The notes: generated from the letters alone by a model not told the origin. A stretch of 64,000 nt of DNA from an uncultured Spirochaetota bacterium (GCA_963734545.1 CAVTHO010000007.1:736001-800000), one strand, 5' to 3'. Counted from the first letter of the stretch, positions 29,678 through 39,786 are shown. A program made the numbers and translations.

Positions 29678-30648
29678 AGGACCAGCTCCAGCCCTTCCTG
29701 GGCGCTTCGGATCTCGAGCGCGCCCGTGCCGAGCTGCTCCTGATGCCAGCGGGCGCTCCGGGCGATGCCGAATATCTTGCGGTCGTCATAGCGAGGCTCG
29801 TGGTGGAAGAGCACGAGTTTCTTTACTTTCCATTCGGTCGCGAGATTCACGGCCATTGTGTACGCGGTATGGCCAAAATCGAACTTGCCGAAGGATTCCT
29901 CCAGCGTGTACTGCGAGTCCAGGACGAGGAGATCCGCAGAATCAAAGAAGGCCCTGTTCTCTGCCCGCTGCTGGAACTCCCTGTCGGTGACCTCCGCATC
30001 CGTCGCAAAAATCATGCTCTTCCCGTTGTCCGTGATCCTGTACGCGAACGAGCCTCCGGGGTGATTCATTCTCTTCCACCGAATCTCCGCGCCTCCCATG
30101 CGCGCGCTCTCCCCCTGGAGATAGACGAACCGCAAGTCAGCCTGCATGGCGTCCATTGTGACGGGAAAATAGGGCGGTTTCATCTGGTCCCTGATGGTTC
30201 TCTCCACGGAAGGAAATGGGCTTGCGAAGATGAGCCGGTTCCCTTTTACCCAGGCAGGGGCGAAAAAGGGGATGCCCTGCAGGTGATCCCAATGAAAGTG
30301 AGTGAAGAGAATGGGGAACTCGCGCACCGGGTCGCTCTTCTTCTGCAGGGCGACTCCCAGGTCGCGCAGTCCCGAGCCGCCGTCCAGGATGATCAGCCGG
30401 TCGTCGTGCGTGCGGACCTCTATGCACGTGGTGTTGCCGCCTGTTGTGCCGAAGATGTAGGGGGGAAGGTTGGCGAGAAAAAGCTCGCGCGAGCGCGCGC
30501 TTTCGAGATCGGAGGGTCTCACCCTCTGCACAACCGCGGCGATCTTGCTCCGCACCTGTTCGGGACTCAAGGGTGTCGGAAGCGATCCTCGCACTCCCCA
30601 GAACGTCACTTTCATCCCGCTGCCCTGCTCCCCCTCGAGCTTCCGCAT
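29674..30648 (-). CDS. MBL-fold metallo-hydrolase
   Basis: FWGVRGSLP, GGNTTCIEV, THFHWDHLQG and LFHHEP motifs; the start may be ATG 30615. Confidence 0.9.
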   Translation of the reverse strand: MRKLEGEQGSGMKVTFWGVRGSLPTPLSPEQVRSKIAAVVQRVRPSDLESARSRELFLANLPPYIFGTTGGNTTCIEVRTHDDRLIILDGGSGLRDLGVALQKKSDPVREFPILFTHFHWDHLQGIPFFAPAWVKGNRLIFASPFPSVERTIRDQMKPPYFPVTMDAMQADLRFVYLQGESARMGGAEIRWKRMNHPGGSFAYRITDNGKSMIFATDAEVTDREFQQRAENRAFFDSADLLVLDSQYTLEESFGKFDFGHTAYTMAVNLATEWKVKKLVLFHHEPRYDDRKIFGIARSARWHQEQLGTGALEIRSAQEGLELVL

Positions 30649-30660
30649 CTCGCGGCGGTG

Positions 30661-31101
30661 CTACGCCTCGAGAAAACCTTCCTTCAGCCGCTGTTCCAGC
30701 CAGAACTCGATCTCGCTCCTTGGATGAAGGGCCCCTTTGCCCATGCCGGGGCACTGCCGTGCGTGATGTCCCCACTCCTCCGAGGAAGAGACGCACGCGC
30801 TCCAGAACGGGAAGCTCCGGCACTGAAGCGGCCGGGCCTCATAGACCGAGCATCCGCCGTTTTCCCAGAAAATGCAATCCAGGTTCGACTTTTCCTTCAA
30901 GCTGACACGCCGCACGATGCCGAATGAAACCCTGCGGCACCAGGTCCGCAGGAACTCCTGCCGCCCGGACCCGGTGACGCGGCTGAGTGTCTCCACATCC
31001 TTCTCCGAAAGGAATACATACCCGGGGGTGTGGCGGCAGCATTCGGAGCATCGCATGCATTCGAATTGAAGACCCGAGCCGTAAAAGACGTCACGACCCA
31101 T
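30661..31101 (-). CDS. YkgJ-family cysteine cluster (Zn/Fe-chelating) protein
   Basis: FECMRCSECC...CIFW...CSVYEARPLQCRSFPFW...CPG. Confidence 0.9.
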   Translation of the reverse strand: MGRDVFYGSGLQFECMRCSECCRHTPGYVFLSEKDVETLSRVTGSGRQEFLRTWCRRVSFGIVRRVSLKEKSNLDCIFWENGGCSVYEARPLQCRSFPFWSACVSSSEEWGHHARQCPGMGKGALHPRSEIEFWLEQRLKEGFLEA

Positions 31102-31184
31102 CAGGCGACTTGCCTCTCATACACGTGCGTGAGCACGCCGCGATGAAAATGAAGAAGGATCGCGCACGCCCACGCGGGAGGAAA

Positions 31185-31217
31185 GAAAAAGCCTTCTGCC
31201 CGGTGCGGGAGAAGGCT
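31185..31217 (-). terminator. Rho-independent terminator after tRNA-Tyr
   Basis: Minus-strand AGCCTTCT...AGAAGGCT stem followed by a T run. Confidence 0.65.
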
Positions 31218-31219
31218 CC

Positions 31220-31301
31220 TGGGGAGAGAAGGATTTGAACCTTCGAAGGCTGAGCCAACAGATTTACAGTCTGCCCCCTTTGACCACTCGGGAATCTCCC
31301 C
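31220..31301 (-). tRNA. tRNA-Tyr(GTA); CCA not encoded
   Basis: GGGGAGA/TCTCCCC acceptor stem, GACTGTAAATC anticodon arm, long variable arm and GGTTCAAATCC T arm. Confidence 0.95.
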
Positions 31302-31472
31302 CTGCGGCGCACGCCGCGTACAACTTGACAGCCCTGCCACCGCTTGCTCCAGACGGCAAAGGCGTGCACTTTCATAATGAGAAACGCCTTCCTCTGTCAA
31401 GTGGCGACACCCATATGCCACGGAGTACCGTGGCCGCCCACCATGCGCACCATGAACACTTCCGGTGGCCAC

Positions 31473-31545
31473 AGCCACCTCTCGGACTTGAACCGAGAAC
31501 CTCGAGATTACAAATCACGTGCTCTGCCAGTTGAGCTAAGGTGGC
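31473..31545 (-). tRNA. tRNA-Thr(TGT); CCA not encoded
   Basis: GCCACCT/AGGTGGC acceptor stem, TAGCTCAACTGGCAGAGC D arm, TTTGTAA loop and GGTTCAAGTCC T arm. Confidence 0.93.
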
Positions 31546-31564
31546 GCTTGGAGATCAGCTAGCG

Positions 31565-32365
31565 CTATGCCAGCACCGGGGGAAAGTCAAGAGAGTCGAA
31601 TATGTCGCCATGCGAATACGTGAGGACTTCCGTGTAGTCGCGGAAGACCGCCACGGTGTGCTCGAACTGGGCGGAGAGGCTGCCGTCGGCGGTCACGAGC
31701 GTCCAGCCGTCGATGGACAGGCGCACGTCCCTGCCTCCCAGGTTGAGCATCGGTTCGATGGTAAAGACCATACCCGGCACGATGCGCATCCCCGTGTCGG
31801 CGGTGCCGAAATTGAGCACCATCGGATCCTCGTGCATCGCCCTTCCGATTCCGTGGCCGACATAGTCCTCGATCACCGAGCAGCCGAATCTCCGCGCGGC
31901 CTCCTGGATGGCCGCCCCTACGTCGCCGATCCTGTTGCCCGCAACCGCTGCGCGGATTCCTGCAAGGCTTGCTCTCCACGACGCCTTCTGCAGCCGCCTG
32001 CAGTCGGGAGTTGCTTCTCCGACGAGGAAGGTCCATGCGGCATCGCCATGCCACCCTTCCACGCTCACGGTAATGTCTATGGAGAGAATGTCGCCCGACT
32101 CGAGCTCCCTGTTCGAAGGAATGCCGTGCGCTGCCACATTGTTCACCGATGTGCAGATGCAGCCGGGGAAGCCCTTGTAACCGCGCAAGGCGGGCACGGC
32201 ACCGCACTCGTCGAGAAACCGGCCCGCGAGCCTGTCCAGCTCTTCCGTCGAAATGCCCGGGCGCACGCACGGCGCAAGATAGCGGAGGCTCTTTTCCGCA
32301 ACCCGGCACGCCCGCCGGATGCGCGCGACATCGACTGAAGTCTTGAGGCTTATCTCCGCGTCCAT
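31565..32365 (-). CDS. map: Type I methionine aminopeptidase
   Basis: CTSVNNVAAHGIP, SIDI...HGD, GHGIG...HEDP, FTIEPM and AQFEHT. Confidence 0.96.
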   Translation of the reverse strand: MDAEISLKTSVDVARIRRACRVAEKSLRYLAPCVRPGISTEELDRLAGRFLDECGAVPALRGYKGFPGCICTSVNNVAAHGIPSNRELESGDILSIDITVSVEGWHGDAAWTFLVGEATPDCRRLQKASWRASLAGIRAAVAGNRIGDVGAAIQEAARRFGCSVIEDYVGHGIGRAMHEDPMVLNFGTADTGMRIVPGMVFTIEPMLNLGGRDVRLSIDGWTLVTADGSLSAQFEHTVAVFRDYTEVLTYSHGDIFDSLDFPPVLA

Positions 32366-33915
32366 GCGCCTTCCACCGTCTTCTCATAGAGAGGACCATA
32401 TCCCCGGGCAAGCACCCGGTCCCACGTGTGAGCGGAGAAAATCTCTCCGAACGCGGTCCTCCGGATCTGCTCGAGCAGCCGGGGATTCTCCCGGAAGAGC
32501 GCGGTGGACCTTTCTATCGCCGCTGCGAGGGCAGGGCCGCTCTGTTCGTCATAGGAGAAGCCGGTCTCTCCGTCCCGTATCTTCACCAGCCCACCTACCC
32601 GATGCACGATGGGAATGCTCCCCATGAGCTGCGCGATGAAATCAGTCAGTCCGCACGGCTCATAGGCCGAGGGCACGAGCAGGAAATCGCTGGACGCGTA
32701 TATCAAGGTCGCCAGGCGCGGGTCGTAGCGTCGAATGAACACCAGCCGGCCGCGAGATGAGGGGTCTGCTGCCAGCCAGGAGAGCATCGCTTCCTTCTCC
32801 TTTTCCCCTTCTCCCAGCACAACGAACCAGCTGTCACTCCCGCTGGAAAGGAGCTGCTGAATCGCCCGGAAAAGCACGTCGATTCCCTTCTGCCCCGTCA
32901 GACGCCCCACGAACGCATACAACGGAGTACCAGCGGATTGCGAGGAGGGCCCCATTCCCAGAGTCTCGGCCAGCTCCTTCCGGCACGCCCGCTTTCCCTC
33001 GAGGTCACCGGTCAGGGGATCAAATTTGCAGCGCAGGCCGGTCTTTTCCGGATAGCGCGGATCCCACGGTCCCGGATCCACCCCGTTCGTGATGCCGCGC
33101 AGAGGGACTCCCTGCTCACGCAGAGCACGCCCCAGCCCGCCGCTCATCTCCAGGTCGCGTTCGTCGAGCAGCTCCAGAGCGTACTGCTCCGAGACGGTCA
33201 CGAGGGGAGCATAGGAAGCCGCAAGAAGAAGGGGATCGACTGCCTGGTTGATCATTCCCTTCTCCAGCACCCTGTCGGGAAGGCCCGTAAGAAGCCGCGC
33301 GAATCCCTTGTCCCACACCTCCTGGTGATACCCCTGCCCGGCGTTGTGTATGGTGAGAAGTGCGCCCGCGCCGGCGAATCGTTCGCCATAGCGTGGATCT
33401 TCACGCACCAGCGCGGGCAGAAACGCGGTGTGACCGTCGTGACAGTGGAACACCTGCGGAGACTCACCAAGGGCCATCGCGGTCTCGAGCGCGGCCCGCT
33501 GAAGGAGGAGGTTCATCTGATGAAAGTCCCAGTGACCGGTGCCCTTCTTGCGCAGGTGATTGGCTGCTTCGTCTTCTGCCGTGTAGACGTACACACTCCG
33601 TTTGTCGGCAAACCGCGGCGCCTGGACAAACAGAAGCCGAACTCCCGCCACCTGAGCGGCAGAAATGCTCACCGTCTCCTCGAAAAACGCGTTCGCCCTG
33701 TCCTGGTCCGGCAGAGCGAGGGAAAAAGAGGCAACAGGCTCGCCGCGCGTCAGCTCTTTCGACAGGAACCCGTACTGGGGAAGCACGACACTCGTTTCAG
33801 CCCCGGACCGCGCATGAGCCTCGGCCAATCCCCGCACAACGTCCTTGACGCCGCCTGCCTCCGCGATACCCGCATACTCCCTGGCCACATGCCATACGGA
33901 AACAGCTTTGCTCAC
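32350..33915 (-). CDS. glgA: Glycogen/starch synthase (GT5)
   Basis: GTG start; REYAGIAEAGGVKDV, HCHDGH, TIHN, GITNG, GRLTGQKG and PSAYEPCGL. Confidence 0.85.
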   Translation of the reverse strand: MSKAVSVWHVAREYAGIAEAGGVKDVVRGLAEAHARSGAETSVVLPQYGFLSKELTRGEPVASFSLALPDQDRANAFFEETVSISAAQVAGVRLLFVQAPRFADKRSVYVYTAEDEAANHLRKKGTGHWDFHQMNLLLQRAALETAMALGESPQVFHCHDGHTAFLPALVREDPRYGERFAGAGALLTIHNAGQGYHQEVWDKGFARLLTGLPDRVLEKGMINQAVDPLLLAASYAPLVTVSEQYALELLDERDLEMSGGLGRALREQGVPLRGITNGVDPGPWDPRYPEKTGLRCKFDPLTGDLEGKRACRKELAETLGMGPSSQSAGTPLYAFVGRLTGQKGIDVLFRAIQQLLSSGSDSWFVVLGEGEKEKEAMLSWLAADPSSRGRLVFIRRYDPRLATLIYASSDFLLVPSAYEPCGLTDFIAQLMGSIPIVHRVGGLVKIRDGETGFSYDEQSGPALAAAIERSTALFRENPRLLEQIRRTAFGEIFSAHTWDRVLARGYGPLYEKTVEGAWTRR

Positions 33916-34281
33916 TGTCGGTTCCGGTGGGGGAGATCGGCTCGCAAAGCCTCGGCGCCATCGAGGTACACCGCCGTCGTCTCGTGGCGCTGCGGGGATT
34001 CGAAGGTCACAAGCACGCGAATCACCCTCGGCATGCTTCCCTCGATGCGGGGCTCCTGCGTGCAGAAGAGCGCCGTCCCCGCGAAGCCCTCCCGTCGAAG
34101 ACCCGTGGCGGGGTTCGCAGCCGTCAGGTCTTCTGTCAGGGAGAATATGATGCTGACGATCTGTCTGCTCCGCAATGGCATTTGCCCGAAGTACTTCGGT
34201 CACGAGCCTCACCGCGCTGTTCTCCACTGCTTGTCGGGAGTTATCCGCCACCTGGATCGCGCCCCTCACCGCCCTGGTCAT
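33912..34281 (-). CDS. aroH: AroH-class chorismate mutase; +1 frameshift at ~34165
   Basis: MTRAVRGAIQV... joins IVSIIFSLTEDLTAANPA...LFCTQE...MPRVIRVL...VYLDGAEALRADL. Confidence 0.85.
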
Positions 34282-34315
34282 TCCCCTCCCCTTTCGATCG
34301 TGAGACTGCGCCTCA

Positions 34316-35461
34316 TCAGATGACACTCGCCAGTATTTCCATCCGCTCGTCCCGGGTAAGCTCGCGAGGGTTGCCCCGCATGCTTGTGCCGGAGGATTTG
34401 TCCGCGAGCTCCGCGATTCTGCCGGCAGGAATTTTGAACGCGCGCAGATCGAGAGGCAGGCCATAGGCCGCGAGCAGCTCCTTTACCTGTTCCCCGAGCC
34501 AGGTCGCGGTGTCCGCACCCGAAATGGGCGCACCGCTCCTGTCCGCCAGGCGGGCAAGAGCTCCGCGTATCAGTTCCGCGTTGGCCGAGAGGACGCGCGG
34601 GAGGAAGACGGCGCAGGCGAGCCCGTGGGGCACGTCGAAGGACCCTCCCACCGCGGCCGCAAAACCGTGCGCGGCACCCAATCCCGCGTTTGCCAAGGCG
34701 ATGCCGCTGACCAGGGCCCCGAATGATGCCTGGGAGCGCAGAGTCGGGTCCGCGGGATTTTGCGGCAGATTGACCAGCGCATCCAGCATGGGCATGAAAG
34801 CCCCTTCGACTATCGACTGCACGTAGGGATTGGTCCCGCGCGAGACATACGCCTCAACGAGCTGGGTCAGGGCGTCAAGCCCTGACGCGCCGGTGGTCCC
34901 GAGGGGCAGGGAGAAAGTGAGCTGCGGATCGACGATCACGGCTTTTGCGAGCAGGAATGATGAACGCATGCTTCTCTTCACGCCCAAAGCCTCTGACTTG
35001 ACCACGGAATTCTTTGTCACCTCGGCGCCGGTTCCCGCCGTGGTGGGCACTGCCACCCAGGGGATGCCGGGGCCGGGGACGGGGACGGCGCCTTCCATGC
35101 CCTCGAGGTAGCGCTCGACGGGCGCAGGATGCCGCAAGAGGGCTGAAAGTGCCTTCGCGGTGTCGAGGACCGATCCTCCTCCGACAGCCACAATGACGTC
35201 AGGACCGAATCGCGACCCCTGGGCGGCCGCCGTGGCAAGCGAGCGTGTGCTCGGCTCTCCCGGCTCGCAGGAGAGGTGATCCACCACGCAGCCCTCGAGC
35301 GCTCCGGTGAAGTGTTCCGCCCAGCGCGATCCGGAAAACCAGCTCCTGCCCGAGAGGACCAGGACCCTGCTCCCCAGGCTTTTGACGATTTTCGGGAGCT
35401 TGTCGATCGCACCGATGCCGAAATGTATGGCGCCAGGGGTCTCGAGGTCAAAGGGAACCAT
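34316..35461 (-). CDS. Iron-containing alcohol dehydrogenase
   Basis: VGGGSVLDTAK, VPTTAGTGAEVT, DALTQLVEAY, GLGAAHG and PHGLACA. Confidence 0.93.
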   Translation of the reverse strand: MVPFDLETPGAIHFGIGAIDKLPKIVKSLGSRVLVLSGRSWFSGSRWAEHFTGALEGCVVDHLSCEPGEPSTRSLATAAAQGSRFGPDVIVAVGGGSVLDTAKALSALLRHPAPVERYLEGMEGAVPVPGPGIPWVAVPTTAGTGAEVTKNSVVKSEALGVKRSMRSSFLLAKAVIVDPQLTFSLPLGTTGASGLDALTQLVEAYVSRGTNPYVQSIVEGAFMPMLDALVNLPQNPADPTLRSQASFGALVSGIALANAGLGAAHGFAAAVGGSFDVPHGLACAVFLPRVLSANAELIRGALARLADRSGAPISGADTATWLGEQVKELLAAYGLPLDLRAFKIPAGRIAELADKSSGTSMRGNPRELTRDERMEILASVI

Positions 35462-35482
35462 GGCGGAAAGTATACCCACTTT

Positions 35483-35818
35483 TCAGGATTGCAGCCATTG
35501 CTGCACGTAGCGGAGGGCGATCAGCAGTCCCGCGCTGCATGCGAACGAAAGGATCAACAGGATCCAGCGAAGCAGCAACCGGCGGTGCTCATGCACGTTG
35601 CGGTACACGAGGAATCCCGCGAGCCAGACGCCGCACGCCAATTGAAGACCGAGGGACACGTGGAGCAGCGAGAGAAGGAAGATTTGAGTGGAGTCCAGGA
35701 AATCCTGATAATTGCCAATCAGGTAAAAAAAGAGAAGGACAATGGACATGATGAAGAAGAATGCCACGGCCCGGCCCGTGAAACTGGACATGCGCGAGAG
35801 AAAGAGATATGCTTTCAT
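35483..35818 (-). CDS. Small integral membrane hypothetical protein
   Basis: Three hydrophobic segments and GNYQDFLDSTQ; TAAGAT lies 7 nt upstream of the ATG. Confidence 0.75.
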   Translation of the reverse strand: MKAYLFLSRMSSFTGRAVAFFFIMSIVLLFFYLIGNYQDFLDSTQIFLLSLLHVSLGLQLACGVWLAGFLVYRNVHEHRRLLLRWILLILSFACSAGLLIALRYVQQWLQS

Positions 35819-35868
35819 CCGAAGCATCTTATTATTATAGAACGGTACGGGACGGACGGGAAAGGGTA

Positions 35869-36759
35869 TTGCGCAATCACTGGTACATTCCGGCGGCGTT
35901 GCTCGTGGTGCTCATCGTCGTGGGATTTTTCGCCGGATGGCTTCAACTCTCCCTTGGCCCGGACGCCTGGGGGGTCGTTTTCATACGATCCCGCGGCTTC
36001 GAAAAAGCCGCCGTCAATCCTGCCGGGTTCACCTGGCGCTTGCAGCGCCTTCTCCCGCGCTCCCTCACACTCTACAGTATTCCGATTGCCACTGAACGGG
36101 CTGATCTGACGGTGCGGGAAACGCTGCCGTCGGCGGACGCGTATTCTTCGCTCGTTCCGGAAAGACCGGACTTCTCCATTGAGTTCACGATTTCCGTGTC
36201 CTACAGGATACGGCCGGAAGCTCTCCCCGATCTGGTGGAGAGGGAGGGGCTTCGACAGGAAACGATGACCGGCTGGCACCAGCAGCTCCAGGCTGAGCTG
36301 CAGCGGCAGGCTGCGGACATATCGCTGCGGATCGCCGGGGACATGGACGGAACCGGCAAGTCGGCCGGCATATCCCGTGCCGCAGATTTCGTGGACGCGG
36401 TGACGCGAGAGCTCCCGGCGAAATTCCCCCAGATTCAGTTCATCTCCCTGGCCCCCGCCGTCCGTCGCATGCCGGACCCGGAGCTCTACGCGAAGCTGAA
36501 GAGCGCATATCTGAACATGGTGCAGCTGAAACAAGCCGCCCTGGCTGAAATGGCACCGCGGCTGGCGGCGGAAGAGACCGCGCAGAAAAGCGCCCTCCAG
36601 CGCCAGGAGACGAGCATTGCCCTTCTCACACGATATGGCGAGCTCCTGAGCAAGTACCCTTCGCTCATCAAGTTCCTCTTCCTGATCAAGGCGGAGAATC
36701 TGACGGCGAAAGATCTGCAGACACTCGACCTGCTCGACAAGCTCCCGGCCGTAGAGTAG
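35869..36759 (+). CDS. Membrane-anchored hypothetical protein, possibly SPFH/Band-7-like
   Basis: N-terminal TM, a beta-rich domain (SVSYRIRPEALP), a coiled coil and YGELLSKYPSLIKFL tail; TTG start inferred. Confidence 0.65.
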   Translation: MRNHWYIPAALLVVLIVVGFFAGWLQLSLGPDAWGVVFIRSRGFEKAAVNPAGFTWRLQRLLPRSLTLYSIPIATERADLTVRETLPSADAYSSLVPERPDFSIEFTISVSYRIRPEALPDLVEREGLRQETMTGWHQQLQAELQRQAADISLRIAGDMDGTGKSAGISRAADFVDAVTRELPAKFPQIQFISLAPAVRRMPDPELYAKLKSAYLNMVQLKQAALAEMAPRLAAEETAQKSALQRQETSIALLTRYGELLSKYPSLIKFLFLIKAENLTAKDLQTLDLLDKLPAVE

Positions 36760-36763
36760 CCGC

Positions 36764-37273
36764 GTGGAAGAAGGCGGGTATTTCTTCAACTTCGACAAGA
36801 TGGCCTACGTGAAAGGCCGCCAGCCGCCGGGCTGCATCCTCTGCCTGACCCGGGACCAGCACTCCGACGTGGCGGACTTGAGCATCTGGCGGGACGACCT
36901 GTTCATCGCTTCCGTCAATCTCTATCCGTACAATCCCGGCCATCTCCTGCTGTATCCGCTGCGCCATGTCGAGGACGTCCGCGAGCTCACTGCGGGGGAA
37001 GAGCAGAGACTCCTGCTGCTGCAGCGGTGGCTGCTCGGCATACTGGACAAGGCGTGCGCGCCGCACGCGTACAACATCGGCTACAACATGGGAGCGGCCG
37101 CCGGTGCATCCATCAGCCACCTGCACCTGCATATCATTCCGCGCTATCCCCGGGAGACGGGGATCGCGGATCTCATTGCCGGGCGCCGGGTGCTCGTCGA
37201 GGACCCCCGGGAGACGACCCGGCGGCTTCGGGAGCTCGTTGCTCAGGAGCCTTTCTCGATCTCCAGCAGCTGA
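36764..37273 (+). CDS. HIT family hydrolase
   Basis: CILC, NLYPYNPGHLL and GASISHLHLHIIPR. Confidence 0.93.
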   Translation: MEEGGYFFNFDKMAYVKGRQPPGCILCLTRDQHSDVADLSIWRDDLFIASVNLYPYNPGHLLLYPLRHVEDVRELTAGEEQRLLLLQRWLLGILDKACAPHAYNIGYNMGAAAGASISHLHLHIIPRYPRETGIADLIAGRRVLVEDPRETTRRLRELVAQEPFSISSS

Positions 37274-39022
37274 TCGAGCAGCCGCAGGAAGGCGCCAAGG
37301 GCCTCTGCGCGCGTGTTCAGTATCTGGCCCAGTGTCTGGTTCCTCCCCCGGTACATGTGCAGGGTTTTCAGGAGCGAGCGTGTGTTCTCGAACGTGCTCG
37401 TGCGGATTTCGTCGAAGATCCTCCTTATGCCGGTAAAGTACTCCCGCGCCTTGTCGATCAGGTCCCTCGCTTCACGGTCCTTTTGCATCACGAACGCGCG
37501 GTAGCTTTTCTGCAGGAGCAGGTCCGTGGCGACGCTGAACCGATATCGTCCCAGCTGTTTCCCGTCGTCCTCATCCGGGGAGAGCGAACGATCGAAAAGC
37601 ACGATTCGGGCCTCGAGGTCCTCGAGTCCTGACACGTTCTGCGTCAGCCTGTTCTGCAGTATGCGGTTGCTCGCGAGCGCCGTGCCGGCCACGATCTGTG
37701 CCGCTTCCTGCACGGTGCCCTTGAACTGCTGGAGGATGTAGTTGTACACGACGGAAAGGCTTCTGATGCCGGTGAAGTATGGAAGATCGAGCTTGCGGAA
37801 ATCGAATTCCGGATTTTCCCGATAGTAGTTGAACTCGACCAGCCGCTGGCCCTTCAAGACGTCCTGGATCTTTCTGTCGATCACCCTCTCCTTGATCGAG
37901 TCCAGCCTTTCATCGAGCTCCTTGCCGAGACGGAGCTTGAGGGTGGAAAAATACAGGCTTCTCAGGTAGAGCCGCGGGGGGTTGAACAGGAGCTGAAACC
38001 AGGGGTCGTTGCGGAAATAGCGCAGGAGGTCCAGGAGAGGGACATCCGCTTCGAATGCATCTATCTCCTTGGCCAGCAGGGTCACGTCGTTCCGCAGACG
38101 CGTGAGCTCCGACTCGATCTTCGACGTGTCCGTTCCCTCACCCGGCTTCAGTCCGGCACGTACGAGCAGGTAGTACGCGACAGGTTCCTCCGCGTAGAGG
38201 TATTCCGGCGCGGCAAGGTGGAACAGGCTGAATGACACGTAGAGCTTTTCTAGTAGGTCCAGCATGAGCATGACGGGCGCATGTTCGAAAACCGGCTCCC
38301 GGGCTTCGACCGTGTCCATCAGCATGTGGTTGAAATAGCGAAAAAAAGCCGAGAACGGGAAAGAGACGAGACGGTCGAGATAGAGGTGCAGCTTTGCCTG
38401 CTCTTCCAGCTGCAGGATGAAGGTTTCCGGAATCGAGCGCACGTAGTCGTTGAGACGGAGCGCGAGCTTCTTCTTGATTTCCTCCGTCTGGCTGGTCTGG
38501 GCAAAGATCTCTTCCATCTCCTCGATTCCAATAAACTCGTAAACCGTGCTCTTCGCCTCCTCCCAGCGCTGCTCCACATACCAGGTGTACGCCCCGCCCT
38601 TCACCGCCTTGTCCGTGCCCAGCGCGTGATAGATGCCGGCAAGGGCCTGTACCTTGACGTAGACGTCATAGAGCTTGCGGGCAAACTTGGGGGACAGGTC
38701 CCGGGTCTCGAATCCGGTAATCCCCGGGCTCACGGCCCGGATGTGGGACTTGAGAGAGCGCAGGCGGATGTCAAGGAAGACTTCCTCCCGGGGTCTCCCC
38801 GAAAGGAATGTCCGCAGCCACAGGATGAAGCGGACCCACGCGGTCGCCTTCTTCATCTCAAAGGTGATGATCTTTTCCCGCTCGGCCGGCTGCAGCTCGA
38901 CAGGGACCGCTTCTTCCCCCTCGTCGCGCTCCATGCGCTTTCCAATGCGCTCGAGAAGCTCCTTTCTCTCCTTTTCCGGGCAGCTCCAGGGAGAGCTCTT
39001 CGAGACGTGTTTTTTCCAGCAT
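37243..39022 (-). CDS. Spirochaete conserved hypothetical protein (DUF5312-like); +1 frameshift at ~38978
   Basis: 563-aa ORF plus an N-terminus MLEKTRLEELSLELP..EKERKELLERIGKR from ATG 39022, just after the thiN stop. Confidence 0.7.
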
Positions 39023-39024
39023 CC

Positions 39025-39786
39025 TCAATCCTTCTGTGCGACGCGGTAGTCCGCGTCGGTGTGGACGCGGTAGTCCGCGTCAGGATCAATGCGGTAGTCC
39101 GCGTCGTTCCACGCGATGCGGTGGCCTGCGTCACCGAGAAGCGAGCGTATCACGAGGAGCCTGCCGACACCCACCGTGATACGGACACGGGCGGCAATCG
39201 CGCGGTTGCTGATTCCTCCAAAGCCGCGCCGGAACACAAGCCCGTTCAACGGCCACTGCAGGCCTTCCGAGCGCATCCTGGCCGCGCGCTTCCCGACAGG
39301 GAATATCGAGACGGTGCATCCCCGCCAGCCGCTGAACTCCGCTTCCCGGTCGACGAGCCGCGCATCCTCGTAGTCCGTCAGCCAGCGGGACGGCGGCGCT
39401 GCGCGCTCGAAAAGCGCGGCGATCCCCAGAAGGTGGTCGATCCTCCCGCTTCCGCCCCCGGCCAGAGTGATGTCCCCGCAGCCACGCTCCCTCATGATGC
39501 GCAGTCCTATTTCAGTATCGGTTTCGTCCTTGTCACGGGGAAAGGTGAGAACATGCGAGGGAGGAAATCGGTCGAGAAGCGAAATGTCGGACAGGGAGTC
39601 CATGTCCCCGACAACGAGGTCCGGCAGGAGGCCGGCGGCGAGCGCCGGCTCGAGGCCCGAGTCTGCCGCGACAATCAGATCCATCCCACCGGCGAGCATG
39701 GCAAGGGCATCCTTCCCCGGACCCGCGCCGCCGATCAACAGCAACCCTCGCTTCATGCCCCGCTCTCCCCTGTCTGCCAGGCTCAT
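39025..39786 (-). CDS. thiN: Thiamine diphosphokinase with repeat-derived C-terminal tail
   Basis: VAADSGL, VVGDMDS, KDETDTEIGL, GGGSGRIDH, SEGLQWPL and GISN motifs; start is ATG 39786 or 39756. Confidence 0.92.
   Translation of the reverse strand: MSLADRGERGMKRGLLLIGGAGPGKDALAMLAGGMDLIVAADSGLEPALAAGLLPDLVVGDMDSLSDISLLDRFPPSHVLTFPRDKDETDTEIGLRIMRERGCGDITLAGGGSGRIDHLLGIAALFERAAPPSRWLTDYEDARLVDREAEFSGWRGCTVSIFPVGKRAARMRSEGLQWPLNGLVFRRGFGGISNRAIAARVRITVGVGRLLVIRSLLGDAGHRIAWNDADYRIDPDADYRVHTDADYRVAQKD
39040..39132. repeat. 24-bp-spaced palindromes GACGCGG-TAGT-CCGCGTC, 3 copies plus one degenerate copy
   Basis: Cores at 39040, 39064, 39088 and degenerate 39115; the 6-nt linkers differ; encodes DADYR repeats. 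Confidence 0.85.

Noticed and set aside
32350-34464. Apparent chorismate mutase-glycogen synthase fusion (704 aa)
   Set aside because: It is produced by the aroH frameshift; aroH has its own stop at 33912 overlapping the glgA GTG.
39040-39132. Possible mini-CRISPR (conserved palindrome with variable linkers)
   Set aside because: The linkers are only 6-9 nt, the array lies inside a CDS, and there is no leader or cas gene.
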